Shown: positions 11,085 through 21,822 of the stretch, piece after piece | Position numbering within the stretch: position 1 is the first letter of the stretch | Layout: every line of letters begins with the position of its first letter | Source of the DNA: an uncultured Fibrobacterota bacterium | GTDB taxonomy: Bacteria > Fibrobacterota > Chitinivibrionia > Chitinivibrionales > FEN-1185 | Direction: 5' to 3' | DNA length: 64,000 nt | Assembly (NCBI GenBank): GCA_963753345.1 | Contig: CAVWBU010000031.1 | Location: 53,972 to 117,971, forward strand | Made by a program: the position numbers and the translations under genes | The notes under the pieces: generated by a model | What the model saw: the letters and a program-made list of their open reading frames with translations, nothing else | The model's database searches: none | Told to the model about the DNA's origin: nothing

Positions 11085-12219
11085 ATGCGAATCCTGTATG
11101 ACGCCCCAGATGTTCACCTGGCAGAATTTCGGCGGGGCGACGCGCTATTTCTACGAATTGATGTCCCGTTTCTGCAATGACCCCGAATTACAGGTGAGCT
11201 TTCCCATTCTTTTGTCCGACAACTATTACATAAGGAATTGCTCATTTGCAAAGCACTGGCGCGGCGGCCGGAATGTGTCGTTCAAGGGGAAAATGTCCGC
11301 ATACCGGCTGATCAACCAAGCGTACAACCGTCATGCGATACCAAACATGCGGTTCGATATTCTCCACCCGACCTATTACAACCCGTATTTTCTCAAATGC
11401 CTCAAGGGCAAACCATACGTCATAACGGTGTTTGACCTCATCCACGAACTGTTTCCGGACACCCTGGAGCCAAACCAGAAGACCGTGAGGAAATGGAAAC
11501 AGGCGTCGATTTCAAAGGCTGATCTTCTCATTGCAATCTCCGAATCGACAAAAAGAGATCTTATCAGAATCTACGGTCTATCGCCTTCAAGAGTCTTTGT
11601 GGTTCCCCTGGCAGCTTCGCTTTCCCAAGGTTCATCCAGCCGGACAGACGACATGCAGTTGCCCTCCAGGTATGTCGTATACGTGGGAGCGAGATCGGCG
11701 GGTTACAAAAATTTTGGCACCTTGGCGCAAGCGTTCCAGATTGCCGGCAAAAAGGACAAAGGCCTCTCTCTGGTTTGCGTCGGCGGCGGTCCGTTTACGA
11801 CTTACGAAACCCGCCTTTTCGGCCGGCTTGGGATTTCAGGGAGAGTAATGCAAATGTCAATAAGCGATGGGGAAATGTTTGCGCTGTATTGCCGCGCCCG
11901 CGGCCTGGTCTATCCTTCGCATTACGAAGGGTTCGGCATTCCCCTGCTTGAGGCGTTTTCCTGCGGGTGTCCTGTGGCTGCTTCAAACTCGAGTTCCCTT
12001 CCGGAAGTCGGCGGCAATGCTTGTCTTTATTTTAATCCGAATAGTATTGATGAAATGGCGGAAAAAATCGGCGCGCTTGTTGATGACCGAAGCCTCAGGG
12101 ACGGCCTCGTTGAAAAAGGGCGTCTGCAGGCAAGAAGATTCTCATGGGACAGCACCGCGGCAACGACCAAACAAATATATTCAAAATTGATTTCCGGCAA
12201 TTCGGTGGCGGCGCCATGA
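11085..12219 (+). CDS. Glycosyltransferase family 4 (frameshift near 11103)
   Basis: MRILYD at 11085 in another frame; HPTYY, ISESTKRD, YPSHYEGFGIPLLEA. Confidence 0.9.
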
Positions 12220-13007
12220 CACCAAAGGACAAAACCGGCCAGGGCGCGCCGCTCGTGGGCGTGGTAACCATCGTCAAGAACGGCGCGGATGTTCTTGAGC
12301 GCACCATACAAAGCGTTGCGGGCCAGCGCTATCCTGACTTTGATTATGTCGTTATTGACGGAGGTTCGTCGGACAGTTCCCTGGACATTATAAAGCGTCA
12401 CGAAAAATCGATTGCATCGTGGATAAGCGAACCGGACCGCGGGATAGGAGACGCCTTTAACAAAGGCGTTGCGCGGTCGCGCGGCAAATGGATCATCTTC
12501 ATGAACGCCGGTGATTATTTTGTCGACTCGCACGTCCTTTTAAAATTCTCGGAAGTGCTTCGTGAATCAGGCAGGTTTGACATAGTGCACGGTCGTGTTC
12601 TGCAGGTCGACAAGACGGGAAAATGCTACAGGACCGTTGGCGGACCTCTTAATCAACGGAAATTCAAATTTCACATGTCTGTTCCGCATCAGGCGATTTT
12701 TCACAACAGGGCGTTCTTCGACTGCTATGGGCTATTCGACACGAGCCTCAAAATGGCAATGGATTATGAGCTCCTGACAAGGAAAAAAGACCTCCAGGCA
12801 TTGTATGTTGCGGCCCCGGTCGCGGCCACCCTGGTTGGCGGTGTGAGCCAGCAGAATTACCGCAAATTGATTCTAGAAATGAGAAACGTCAGGGAAAGAA
12901 ACATCGGCCCCTCCACGCTGCTGTCGGACGGCAGATATTTCTTGACATATGCAAAGGTTTCCGTTTACTTGCTTTTAAGAAGAGCGTTCGGGGAACAGTT
13001 TATATGA
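12216..13007 (+). CDS. Glycosyltransferase family 2
   Basis: VIDGGSSD, SEPDRGIGDAFNKG, FMNAGD, PHQA. Confidence 0.92.
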   Translation: MTPKDKTGQGAPLVGVVTIVKNGADVLERTIQSVAGQRYPDFDYVVIDGGSSDSSLDIIKRHEKSIASWISEPDRGIGDAFNKGVARSRGKWIIFMNAGDYFVDSHVLLKFSEVLRESGRFDIVHGRVLQVDKTGKCYRTVGGPLNQRKFKFHMSVPHQAIFHNRAFFDCYGLFDTSLKMAMDYELLTRKKDLQALYVAAPVAATLVGGVSQQNYRKLILEMRNVRERNIGPSTLLSDGRYFLTYAKVSVYLLLRRAFGEQFI

Positions 13008-13059
13008 GCCGTGTTTTCGCTCGTTAGTGCGCAGCGGCATTTGTGGAAAAAGCAATATC

Positions 13060-14135
13060 ATGAAAATCCTCCAGGTTGTCAATAGCCTTCAGCCAGGGGG
13101 GGCCGAAGTCCTGGCTTTCTGTTGTTGCGCCAGCCATCAAAAACATGGGTATCGATATCGAGGTCGTCACGCTGTACAAATATCCCAAAGGGAACTCTAC
13201 GCGATACCCTTGCACGAAGCGGCGTTGTCATTCATTCCCTGAGATGTTTCATTTCGCTACGATTTGAGGATTTTGTGGGCATTAAAAAAATTAATGGACC
13301 GCGGCGGCTATGATATCGTGCATGCCCATCTATTTCCCGCTATGTACTGGACCGTGCTTGCGAGACCAATATGCAGGAAACTTATTGTCACCGAGCACAA
13401 CACGTTCACCCACCGTACCGGGAAAGCATTTCTTCAGCCCGTTGAGCGGTTTATGTACGGGCAATATGAATCCATCGTGTGCGTGGGCCGTGACGTTCGC
13501 AGGGCACTTTCCTAATGGCTACCGGGGCTTAGCTCCAAAATGCGCATAATTTACAATGGCAAGACCTGGAACGGTACAGAGACGCGAAACCGGTCGAAAA
13601 GGGAGTCCTTTGAATTCCCGAAACCGCGCCGGTCCGCGGGATGGTCGCGCGGTTCTACAGCCCAAAGGACCACAAAACGGTCATCGATGCGGCAATGCTT
13701 GTTCCCGGCCTGCACGTGCTGTTCATCGGGGACGGCGACTGAAACAAGGCGATACAGGAACATGCCTGCCTAGGCCTTGACAACCGCATCCATTTCCTCG
13801 GATACAGAAGCGACGTCGCCTCCCTGCTCAAGACTTGCGACGTCTATATCCATTCCTCATATAACGAAGGCATTGGGCTTTATCGGTCGCAGAGGCATGG
13901 CATGCGGAATACCTGTCATCGCTTCGGACGTGATGCGGCTCAACGAAATAGTGCAGGACAAAAAATCAGGCCTGCTCTTCAAATGCGCAGATGCCGAAAC
14001 CTTGCCGAAAAAATAAAATCGGTCTTTCAGGACAATGACGTGAAAACGAAATTGAAAGCAGGCGCTTTGACAAGGGCGCTTGATTTTTCGCTGGATACCA
14101 CGGTAGATAAGCTGGTCGCATTGTATGGTTTTTGA
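13060..14135 (+). CDS. Glycosyltransferase family 4, broken by several frameshifts
   Basis: Fragments MKILQVVNSLQPGGAE, DIVHAHLFP..TEHNT, GMACGIPVIASDV lie in different frames. Confidence 0.75.
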
Positions 14136-15377
14136 TTTTCTGACGTTCCTGTCGGCGTATCTTGTCGTAGGCGAAATCATAATCGTGATTTTCGCCGTGA
14201 TATACAAGTCGAAAAACAAGGAAGTAATTGTTTTCAACCTTGCCATGCTGTTCAAGATCCTATGCACCTTTGGTTACTATCAGGTTGCGATAGCAGGTCC
14301 TGCCGATGCCTTGGATATTACATGTATGCAAACCAATCGGAGTTCCAAATTCCATAACCTCCCTGTTTCAGACCAGCACGGGTTTTATCGACGCAGTGGC
14401 GGATTATTTTTTCCCGCTTGTCTCGTTTTTCGACAACCCATATCTCATGCTGTACATCCCTTTTTCGCTTCTCGCGTTTACAGGCTCATTGTTTTTTTTC
14501 AAGACCCTGCAGGCCGTTGCGCCCGACAAACAGGAAACTGGAGCTGTATGCGGTAAGTTTTTTCCTGCCGAACATGGTGTTCTGGACAAGCAATCTTGGC
14601 AAGGATTCCCTGATTTATCTGGGAATCGCGCTCGTGATGTTCGGGTTTCTGGCAAAGCCAAAGCCTCCGAAAAATTTCATTGCCATGGGCTTGGGAGCAT
14701 GGCTGGTATTTTCCGTGCGGCCCCACATATTCTTGTTCATGTTATTCGGGTTTCTCCTCGGCCTGTTTATTGAAAAACGCGCATTTTCATTCAGGTCGAT
14801 CCTTTTGTTCTCCGTGATTTTTCTAACCTTTTTATTGACCCAGCAGAAAATCTTGAATATTGCAGGCATACAGGTGCAAAGCGAAGAGGAAAAACCCGCC
14901 TCGATCACCTCCTATTATGATGCAGGCGTGTCAAGGGTGGAAGCGTTCAAAGAGCATGAATATCGGAGGATCGGCAACAGGCGAAACGCATAAATTCTCC
15001 ATTTTTATTCCCCGTACTATCTTGTGACGTTCCTTATAAGCCCGTTTGTATGGCAGGCAAAAAAACCCATCCAGTTTGTTTCAGCCCTGGAAACCGTCAT
15101 TTATCAGCTCATGATCCTGTATCTCTGCATCCACTGGAAAGACGTTGTCAAGATCGGGTTCATACGGTATAAATATTCGTGGCTTCTCTACCTGATCGTC
15201 ACCAGCATCATCGTCGGCGCCGCGTACACCAATTTCGGGCTGATCGTGCGCCAGAGGTGCATGGTCCTTCCCGTGATTTTCCTACTTTTCACCGGCGTGC
15301 GCCGCCAACTGTCGATTACAAAAAAGAAAAAGCCAAATAAAAAAAGCGGATTGAACCGGATCCCTTTTACAAAAAAT
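14125..15377 (+). CDS. Polytopic membrane protein, Wzy-like polymerase candidate (multiple frameshifts)
   Basis: Hydrophobic fragments with FWTSNLGKDS, VRPH and NFGLIVRQR motifs spread over ORFs 14125, 14306, 14418 and 15024. Confidence 0.6.
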
Positions 15378-16540
15378 ATGCCCCCAACGCGCAAGCCTAA
15401 AATCCTCATCTGCGTCACCGTCGCGGAGACGGCCTGGTCCTTTTTCCGGGAGCAGGTCCCGTATCTCAAGGAAAAAGGGTACAGCGTGGAGATCGCCTCG
15501 GGCGAAGGGAGCTGGAAAAAGCTTTCCGACGTCAGGGAGGCGTTCGGCGTTCCGGTGCACAAGGTCCCGCTTACGCGCGCCATGAACATCGTTGCGGACA
15601 TCCGCTCGCTTGTGCGGCTCTATTTTCTCATGCGTCAAACAAAGCCCGCCATTCTCCATGCGAGCACGCCCAAGGCCGCGGTGCTGTCGCTTGTCGCGGG
15701 GTGGCTTGCCGGGTGCCGGTGCGCATCTACCTTGTCCGCGGCATTGCCTACTACGAGGCCACGGGCATGGTGCGGACGCTGCTTTCCTTTGTGACCATGT
15801 GGGCGTGCAGGCTCGCGAACGTGGTGCTGTGCGTGAGCACATCAAACAGGGACTTTTTGGTTGCAAACAGGATATGCCCGGCCGAAAAGATTTCCATTCT
15901 CTGCAACGGGTCGAGCCACGGCGTTGACGCACGCGCCAGGTTCAACCGCACCAACGCGAACCCGGCGCGCCTCGCCGCGCTCAGGGCGAAGTACGGCGTC
16001 AAGGACAACGACGTGGTGTACGGGTTTACGGGCCGCATTGTAAAGGACAAGGGCATCGAAGACCTGTTCGCCGCGTGGAAGCGCTTTGCTGCGGCCGGGA
16101 AAAACGCGCACCTGTTTATCGTGGGCCACACGGAGGCGAGGGGAGCGGTCTCGGCCGCGTGCCTTTCGGGCATGGCGCAAGAGCCTTCGGTGCACGTGGT
16201 TGACGATGTCAACGACCCTTACGAGTTTTACTGTCTTTTTGACGTCTTTGTTTTTCCCTCGCACAGGGAAGGCATGCCCAACGCGGTGCTCGAGGCCGCG
16301 CCATGGAACTGCCGGTGATCACCACCAACGCGCTCGGCTGCGTGGATTCGGTGCGCGACAGCGAAACGGGCTATGTCGTTCCGGTAAAGGACGTGGCCGC
16401 CCTGCTTGATAGAATGGAAAAGCTGTATGCCGACAGGCCGCTCAGGGCCGCCCTCGGCCGCAGCGGCCGCGCGTTCGTGCTTGACAGGTTCGATCCGGCC
16501 GATTTGTGCGCGGCGCTCGAGGAGACGGTGCGGCTTTGTG
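15378..16540 (+). CDS. Glycosyltransferase family 4 (frameshifts near 15720 and 16300)
   Basis: HASTPKAA, GRIVKDKGI, FPSHREGMPNAVLEA, ELPVITTNALGC. Confidence 0.8.
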
Positions 16541-17747
16541 CGAAAAAAGCAACGTGTTCCCGCGCAGGAGGATTGCGATCGTCACCTCGGTCCCCACCAC
16601 GCTCTTCCATTTGTTTTCCAACCAGATAGACCGCATCCGGCAAGACGGTTTCGAGGTGTTTCTCATTTCCTCGGCCGGCGACGAATGGATTTCCGCAAAG
16701 GACGTGGAGAAAAAATACGGCATCAAGGTGCATCGCGTGCCGTTTCAAAGGACATTCTCCGTATTTTCCGATCTGTATTCGCTCGTGGCCCTGTGCGCGC
16801 TTCTGGCCAGGCTGCGTCTCGACGTCATCTACTATTGCACGCCCAAGGCTTCTCTGCTCACGGCCATGGCCGCTTTTCTCATGAGGGTGCCGTTCAGGAT
16901 CTATTCGGTTTTCGGCCAGGTGTATTACGGGAAAAAGGGCGTGACGGAAAAGATTCTGCTTCTCGCGGAACTGCTGTCGTGCGCATGCTCGCACAAGGTG
17001 ATCCTGATGAGCGAATCCAATCTCAGGTACATGTCGGCAAAGAAGCTGTGCCGGCCGGAGAAAATGGGAATGCTGGGCCGCGGCACGAACCAGGGAGTGG
17101 ACGCCAGGGGACGGTTCAATCCGGAAAGGATCGACAAAAACAACGCCCTCACGCTCAGGCAAAAGCTGGACATTCAGGAAGACACGGCGGTGATCGGGTA
17201 TATGGGAAGGCTCGTGAAAGAGAAGGGGATACGTGAGCTTGTAAAGGCGTGGAACGATATCAAGAAAGAGTCGATTCCATGCGTTCTTCTGCTCATCGGT
17301 CCCAGAAAGGAGCCGCGCGACCAGCTTCCTGAGAAGGTGTTCCACGCAATTGAAAACGACCCGACCATACGGCTCATCGAACCCGTGGCAGACCCGGAAT
17401 CGTATTACGCGATCATGGATATTTTCGTTCTTCCATCCTACAGGGAAGGGTTTCCCAATGTGGTTCTGGAGGCCGCGGCCATGAGGCTTCCGGTAATTAC
17501 CACCGACGCCATCGGGTGCGTCGATTCGGTTTTGGACAACGAAACCGGATTCATCGTGCCGGTGATAAATGTGGAAAAGATGAAGGAGAAAATGAACGTC
17601 CTTTTGCACGATCCTGAAATGCGCAGGAACATGGGCGCAAAGGCGCGGGAAAGGGTTTTAAGGGATTTCGACGGCGAGGCGATAACCGAAGAACTCATGT
17701 ACCTTATCAACAACCGGGATTTTGCTTCTAAAACAAATAATGTGTAA
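16506..17747 (+). CDS. Glycosyltransferase family 4, paralog of the preceding domain (possibly fused to it)
   Basis: CTPKAS, GRLVKEKGI, LPSYREGFPNVVLEA; no clear own start codon. Confidence 0.85.
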   Translation: MRGARGDGAALCEKSNVFPRRRIAIVTSVPTTLFHLFSNQIDRIRQDGFEVFLISSAGDEWISAKDVEKKYGIKVHRVPFQRTFSVFSDLYSLVALCALLARLRLDVIYYCTPKASLLTAMAAFLMRVPFRIYSVFGQVYYGKKGVTEKILLLAELLSCACSHKVILMSESNLRYMSAKKLCRPEKMGMLGRGTNQGVDARGRFNPERIDKNNALTLRQKLDIQEDTAVIGYMGRLVKEKGIRELVKAWNDIKKESIPCVLLLIGPRKEPRDQLPEKVFHAIENDPTIRLIEPVADPESYYAIMDIFVLPSYREGFPNVVLEAAAMRLPVITTDAIGCVDSVLDNETGFIVPVINVEKMKEKMNVLLHDPEMRRNMGAKARERVLRDFDGEAITEELMYLINNRDFASKTNNV

Positions 17748-17767
17748 AGAATCCATGCCAAATATGT

Positions 17768-17925
17768 GGGCGTTCCCCTCCCCCTCGACTCCGCTCGGGG
17801 TCGGGTCGGTCTCCCTCCGGGCTCGGCCATTCGGCCTCGTTGCCGCCTGCCACAAGGGCCCTACGGGCCGTGGTCATGCGGCAATTCGCTTTGGCTCACT
17901 CTCCGGTCCACCTAACTCTGGGCAG
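17768..17925 (+). repeat. Structured repeat family A, copy 1
   Basis: GGGCGTTCCCC...GGGTCGG..CCCTCCGG...CCTAACTCTGGGCAG. Confidence 0.85.
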
Positions 17926-17990
17926 AGGAACATTGCCTAATTGTCAATAACTGCTGCGCAAACACAAATGAAGTTGTCTTGTTTTTTCAT

Positions 17991-18229
17991 GCGCCATCAG
18001 CGCCGACCCTGAGGCCATGGCGCTAACCCGCGCGACAGGAGGGAGGGTTATTTGGCCGCTCGTGCTGTTCGAGCCCGGCATCTATTGACGAATGGGTTTG
18101 TCCTGCCGGGTGAGTTCACGAGCGGCCCTTAGGCCCGAAGACAAGCCGGAGCTGGAGGCGCGGCGTTCTTTGCCTACTTTCTGTCGCTGCAGACAGAAAG
18201 TAGGGCGTCGTGCGGGGCCGCAACCCCGC
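17991..18229 (+). repeat. Structured intergenic element D
   Basis: Nested inverted repeats GGCCGCTCGTG/CACGAGCGGCC, CCCGGCA/TGCCGGG, CCTACTTTCTGTC/GACAGAAAGTAGG, GCGGGG/CCCCGC. Confidence 0.7.
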
Positions 18230-18285
18230 TATAAGAAATGTACCCTTGTTCGGTCATTAGTTCGCAGTAAGAAAAAGAGCACGTA

Positions 18286-18930
18286 ATGATTCATGTTCCC
18301 ATTAAGCAACTCTCAAAAAACCACGCCCCCGCCGTTGCCCTGCTCCATCAACAGGGCATTACCACCGGCTTTCTCTCCAGTTTAGGATCTCGGTTCCTAT
18401 CTGCATTATATTGCACCATCGCAAATTCACCCTGGTCAACGGTATTCACGGCCGTGCCGGAAGGCACAGATAAGCCGGTAGGATTTATTGCCGCGAGCAT
18501 CGACACGGGCCGCATGTACCGGGACGTTCTGTTGCGAAGGGGCTTGCGCTTTGCATGGCTGCTTGCGCCACAAATAATTCGGCCGGTTGCGGTAAAAAAC
18601 ATGCTTGAGACGGTTTTATACCCTGTCTTTCATGCAAAGGACGCCGAGCGAAAGGCGGATGTCTTGTCGCAAGCGTCAAGTGCCGGCGGCGTGCGCGCCG
18701 AACTCCTTGCGATTGCGGTTGACAAAGAGTGGCAGGGAAGGGGAGTAGGCAGGCTTCTGGTGAATGAGATGGAGGGGTATTTTAGAGAAAGCGGGGTTGA
18801 ACGGTACAAGGTGGTCACTTCGGCGCAGGACGAGACAGCCAACGCTTTTTACCGGGCGCTGGGGTTTTGCTTGGAAAAAACGTTTGTTCATCACAGGAGA
18901 GAAATGTGCCAATACATAAAGACGGTTTGA
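18286..18930 (+). CDS. GNAT family N-acetyltransferase
   Basis: LLAIAVDKEWQGRGVGRLL acetyl-CoA motif; ANAFYRALGF. Confidence 0.9.
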   Translation: MIHVPIKQLSKNHAPAVALLHQQGITTGFLSSLGSRFLSALYCTIANSPWSTVFTAVPEGTDKPVGFIAASIDTGRMYRDVLLRRGLRFAWLLAPQIIRPVAVKNMLETVLYPVFHAKDAERKADVLSQASSAGGVRAELLAIAVDKEWQGRGVGRLLVNEMEGYFRESGVERYKVVTSAQDETANAFYRALGFCLEKTFVHHRREMCQYIKTV

Positions 18931-19562
18931 CGCTTCTGCAGAGGGCGGCAAAGCGGCTGTTCGACATTGTGTTTGCCGGCCTTGGCATGGTTTTTCTGGC
19001 GCCGGTGCTCTTTGCAATGGCGGTGTATGTCAAATTTACGTCGCCGGGCCCGGTGTTCTTCCGGCAGAAGCGCGTGGGAAGGAACGGGAAGCTGTTTTCT
19101 GTTGTAAAGTTCCGCACCATGTATGTCGGCAGCGAGGCGGGCGGCTTTGTGACCGCGGAATTCGACGACCGCATCACGCCTGCGGGCAGGGTTTTGCGGC
19201 AGTACAAGCTCGACGAGCTCCCGCAGTTGTGGAACGTATTCTTCGGCGTAATGTCCTTTGTGGGCCCGCGGCCGGACGTGCCGGGGTATGCGGACAAACT
19301 TGAAGGCGACGGCAGGAAAATCCTATCGCTCCGTCCCGGCATCACGGGCCCGGCATCGCTTTACTTCCGCGACGAGGAGCAGCAGCTCGCATCAAGCAAG
19401 GACCCGCACCGCTACAACGACACGGTCCTGTGGCCCAAGAAAGTCGAGCTGAACCTGGAATACCTCGAGCACTGGAGTTTGTGGAAGGATATCGGCTATA
19501 TTGTTGTTACGCTGGTTCCGGAGTTTGATTCCATGTTTAATCTTGTCAAGAGGGAAATTTGA
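18906..19562 (+). CDS. Bacterial sugar transferase (monotopic phosphoglycosyl transferase, PglC-like)
   Basis: KRLFDI, FRQKRVG, KFRTM, LDELPQLWNV, SFVGPRP, RPGITG. Confidence 0.92.
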   Translation: MPIHKDGLTLLQRAAKRLFDIVFAGLGMVFLAPVLFAMAVYVKFTSPGPVFFRQKRVGRNGKLFSVVKFRTMYVGSEAGGFVTAEFDDRITPAGRVLRQYKLDELPQLWNVFFGVMSFVGPRPDVPGYADKLEGDGRKILSLRPGITGPASLYFRDEEQQLASSKDPHRYNDTVLWPKKVELNLEYLEHWSLWKDIGYIVVTLVPEFDSMFNLVKREI

Positions 19563-19581
19563 AAAATAATAAAATGAATCT

Positions 19582-19766
19582 GGGCGTTTCCCTCCCCCTC
19601 GACTTCGCTCGGGGTCGGGTCGGCCGTCCTTCCGGTCCACCCCTTCGGGTGCTTCCAAGGGTCGTCGGCCTTCGGCCTCGGGCCGCCACGGCCCTATGGC
19701 CCACAGGGCCGGGTCCGGGCGGCATCCCGCTTGGCGGGACCTCCAGTCCTGCCTAACGCGCAGCAG
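19582..19766 (+). repeat. Structured repeat family A, copy 2
   Basis: GGGCGTTTCCC...GGCCGCCACGGCCCTATGGCCCACAGGGCCGGGTCCGGGCGGCA...CCTAACGCG. Confidence 0.9.
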
Positions 19767-19840
19767 ATGAATTGTATTCGGTCAATTATATTTTCCTGCG
19801 CCAATCGGTGACTAGGCAAATCAATCATGCTTTCCTTTTT

Positions 19841-19896
19841 AACCATTCAACGTATCAACTATTCAACTCTTTCTTTCAACTTCTCAACCTCTCAAC
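19841..19896 (+). repeat. Degenerate octamer array (NNNTCAAC)n
   Basis: cattcaac gtatcaac tattcaac ... ttctcaac ctctcaac. Confidence 0.8.
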
Positions 19897-20031
19897 TGCT
19901 CTTCGTGGGTGCCCCCGCACAGGTGTTTGGTTCAGCAACCGCACCATCAAGGGGGACACCCTGGAGGGGGTAGCGCAGGACACCGCAGGCCAAAGGCCGA
20001 GGAGGCCGGAGCGAGGGGGAAACTTCCCCCC
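19894..20031 (+). repeat. Structured repeat family B (B1 type)
   Basis: GGGTGCCCCC...GGGGGACACCC-TGGAGGGGGTAGCGCAGGAC...GAGGGGGAAACTTCCCCCC. Confidence 0.85.
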
Positions 20032-20071
20032 GTTAAAGCATTTTAACTAATCTTTAATAAAGATCAACATC

Positions 20072-21205
20072 ATGAACCAAACATCGAAGCGCCTCTATCT
20101 TTCCCCTCCCCACATGGGCGGAAAAGAAATCGAATTTGTCAACGACGCCTTTGCGTCAAACTGGATCGCGCCCATAGGGCCGCAGGTCGACGCGTTTGAA
20201 AAGGAGTTCTGCGATGTGACCGGCGCGCGGCACGCGGCCGCGGTGAGCTCGGGCACTGCCGCGCTCCACCTTGCCATGATCCTTGCGGGCGTCAAGACGG
20301 GCGACGAGGTGCTGTGCTCGACGTTTACTTTTGCGGGAAGCGCATTTCCGATAACGTATCTGGGCGCAACGCCGGTGTTTGTCGACGCGGAGGAACAATC
20401 GTGGAACATGGACCCGCAACTTTTGGAGAAGGCTGTTTTGGACAGGAAGAAAAAAGGAAAAAGAGTAAAGGCCGCCATTGTGGTGCATTTGTACGGCCAG
20501 AGCGCGGACCTCGATCCCATTTTGGAAATATGCCGCCGGCATGATATTGCGCTCATCGAAGACGCGGCAGAGTCGCTCGGCGCAACGTATAAGGGGAAAA
20601 GCACGGGAACCATGGGCCGTATCGGCATATTTTCCTTTAACGGCAACAAGATCGTCACCACATCCGGCGGCGGCATGCTCGTATCGCCGGAAAAAGACCT
20701 GGTTGACAAGGCGCGCTTTCTGGCCACGCAGGCGCGCGACAGCGCGCCGCATTACGAGCATTCGCAGGTCGGCTACAATTACCGGCTGAGCAACGTGTGC
20801 GCGGCAATCGGCAGGGGACAGCTCGCTGTTTTACAGAAGAGAATAGAGCGCAAGAGGGAAATCTTCGCTCGCTACCAAAGCAGTCTTGCCCCGATGCCGG
20901 GATTTACGTTCATGCCCGAGGCCGTCTGGGGCGTTTCCAACCGGTGGCTCGCGTGCCTCACCATAGACCAGAAAAAAGCGGGCATCACTTCCGAGGACGC
21001 GAGGCTCACGCTTGAAAAGGAAAACATCGAGAGCCGGCCGTTGTGGAAACCCATGCATTTGCAGCCCGTGTTTGCAAAGGCTCCCGCATATGTCAATGGC
21101 GTGTCGGAGCGGCTGTTTGCGAACGGGCTGTGTTTGCCTTCCGGTACGGCGATGAGTGATGAGGATATTGAGAGAATGATTGCAATTGTAAAGAGTGCGA
21201 AATAA
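20072..21205 (+). CDS. Nucleotide-sugar aminotransferase, PglE/EpsN-like (DegT family)
   Basis: LYLSPPHMGG, SNWIAP, SSGTAALH, IEDAAESLG, SFNGNKIVTTSGGG, ESRPLWKPMHLQP. Confidence 0.93.
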   Translation: MNQTSKRLYLSPPHMGGKEIEFVNDAFASNWIAPIGPQVDAFEKEFCDVTGARHAAAVSSGTAALHLAMILAGVKTGDEVLCSTFTFAGSAFPITYLGATPVFVDAEEQSWNMDPQLLEKAVLDRKKKGKRVKAAIVVHLYGQSADLDPILEICRRHDIALIEDAAESLGATYKGKSTGTMGRIGIFSFNGNKIVTTSGGGMLVSPEKDLVDKARFLATQARDSAPHYEHSQVGYNYRLSNVCAAIGRGQLAVLQKRIERKREIFARYQSSLAPMPGFTFMPEAVWGVSNRWLACLTIDQKKAGITSEDARLTLEKENIESRPLWKPMHLQPVFAKAPAYVNGVSERLFANGLCLPSGTAMSDEDIERMIAIVKSAK

Positions 21206-21253
21206 ATAGATAAAAAATCTGGTGGGGGCACCGCGAAATTAAAGCAGAAATCT

Positions 21254-21412
21254 GGGCGTTTCCCTCGCCTTCGCAGGCGCTCAGGCTCGGGTCGGTTCTC
21301 CTTCCGGTTTCGGCCTTTGGCCTCTGGCCGCCTCGGCCCTATGGCCCACAGGGCCGGGTCCGGGCGGCACCGCGTTCCAACGCGGCCTCCAGTCGCCCCT
21401 AACGCGCGGCAG
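21254..21412 (+). repeat. Structured repeat family A, copy 3
   Basis: Same core; hairpin variant CCGCGTT-CC-AACGCGG. Confidence 0.9.
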
Positions 21413-21822
21413 AAGAAATCTTGCTCAGTTGCATGACAAGTTCGCATCTGACTGGCGCCAATCGGTAATCCGGAGCAAGCACGTCCCTGCCTCTGTCGGC
21501 GTGCGACTGTTTACCTGTTCAAGAAAACTGGGTAGTTTTTTGCCACTAGGCTCTTCTCGGTGCCCCCGCCAACGCGAGGCAACTTTCTTGCAGATCAACT
21601 TTCTGGCAGGCATACCGCACGAGCGGCGTATGGGTGCGGATCAGCCGGCGCCTCCGGATAATGTAATATTCGCAATTGTCTAAGGCAGGCGTTCCTTAAT
21701 TCCTGATTTTACTAATGAGACAACCTCAACTCCCCCCATAGATGCTCTCTTATATTAACCTGTGCAGATTCTATTTTAGACAAGCAGACCCGAATATACA
21801 AATAGAGACCTAAAACATAATT

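Noticed and set aside
15024-15794. Wzy-GT4 fusion ORF
   Set aside because: The junction crosses A-rich runs in the most indel-rich region and an internal ATG at 15378 fits a separate GT4 start
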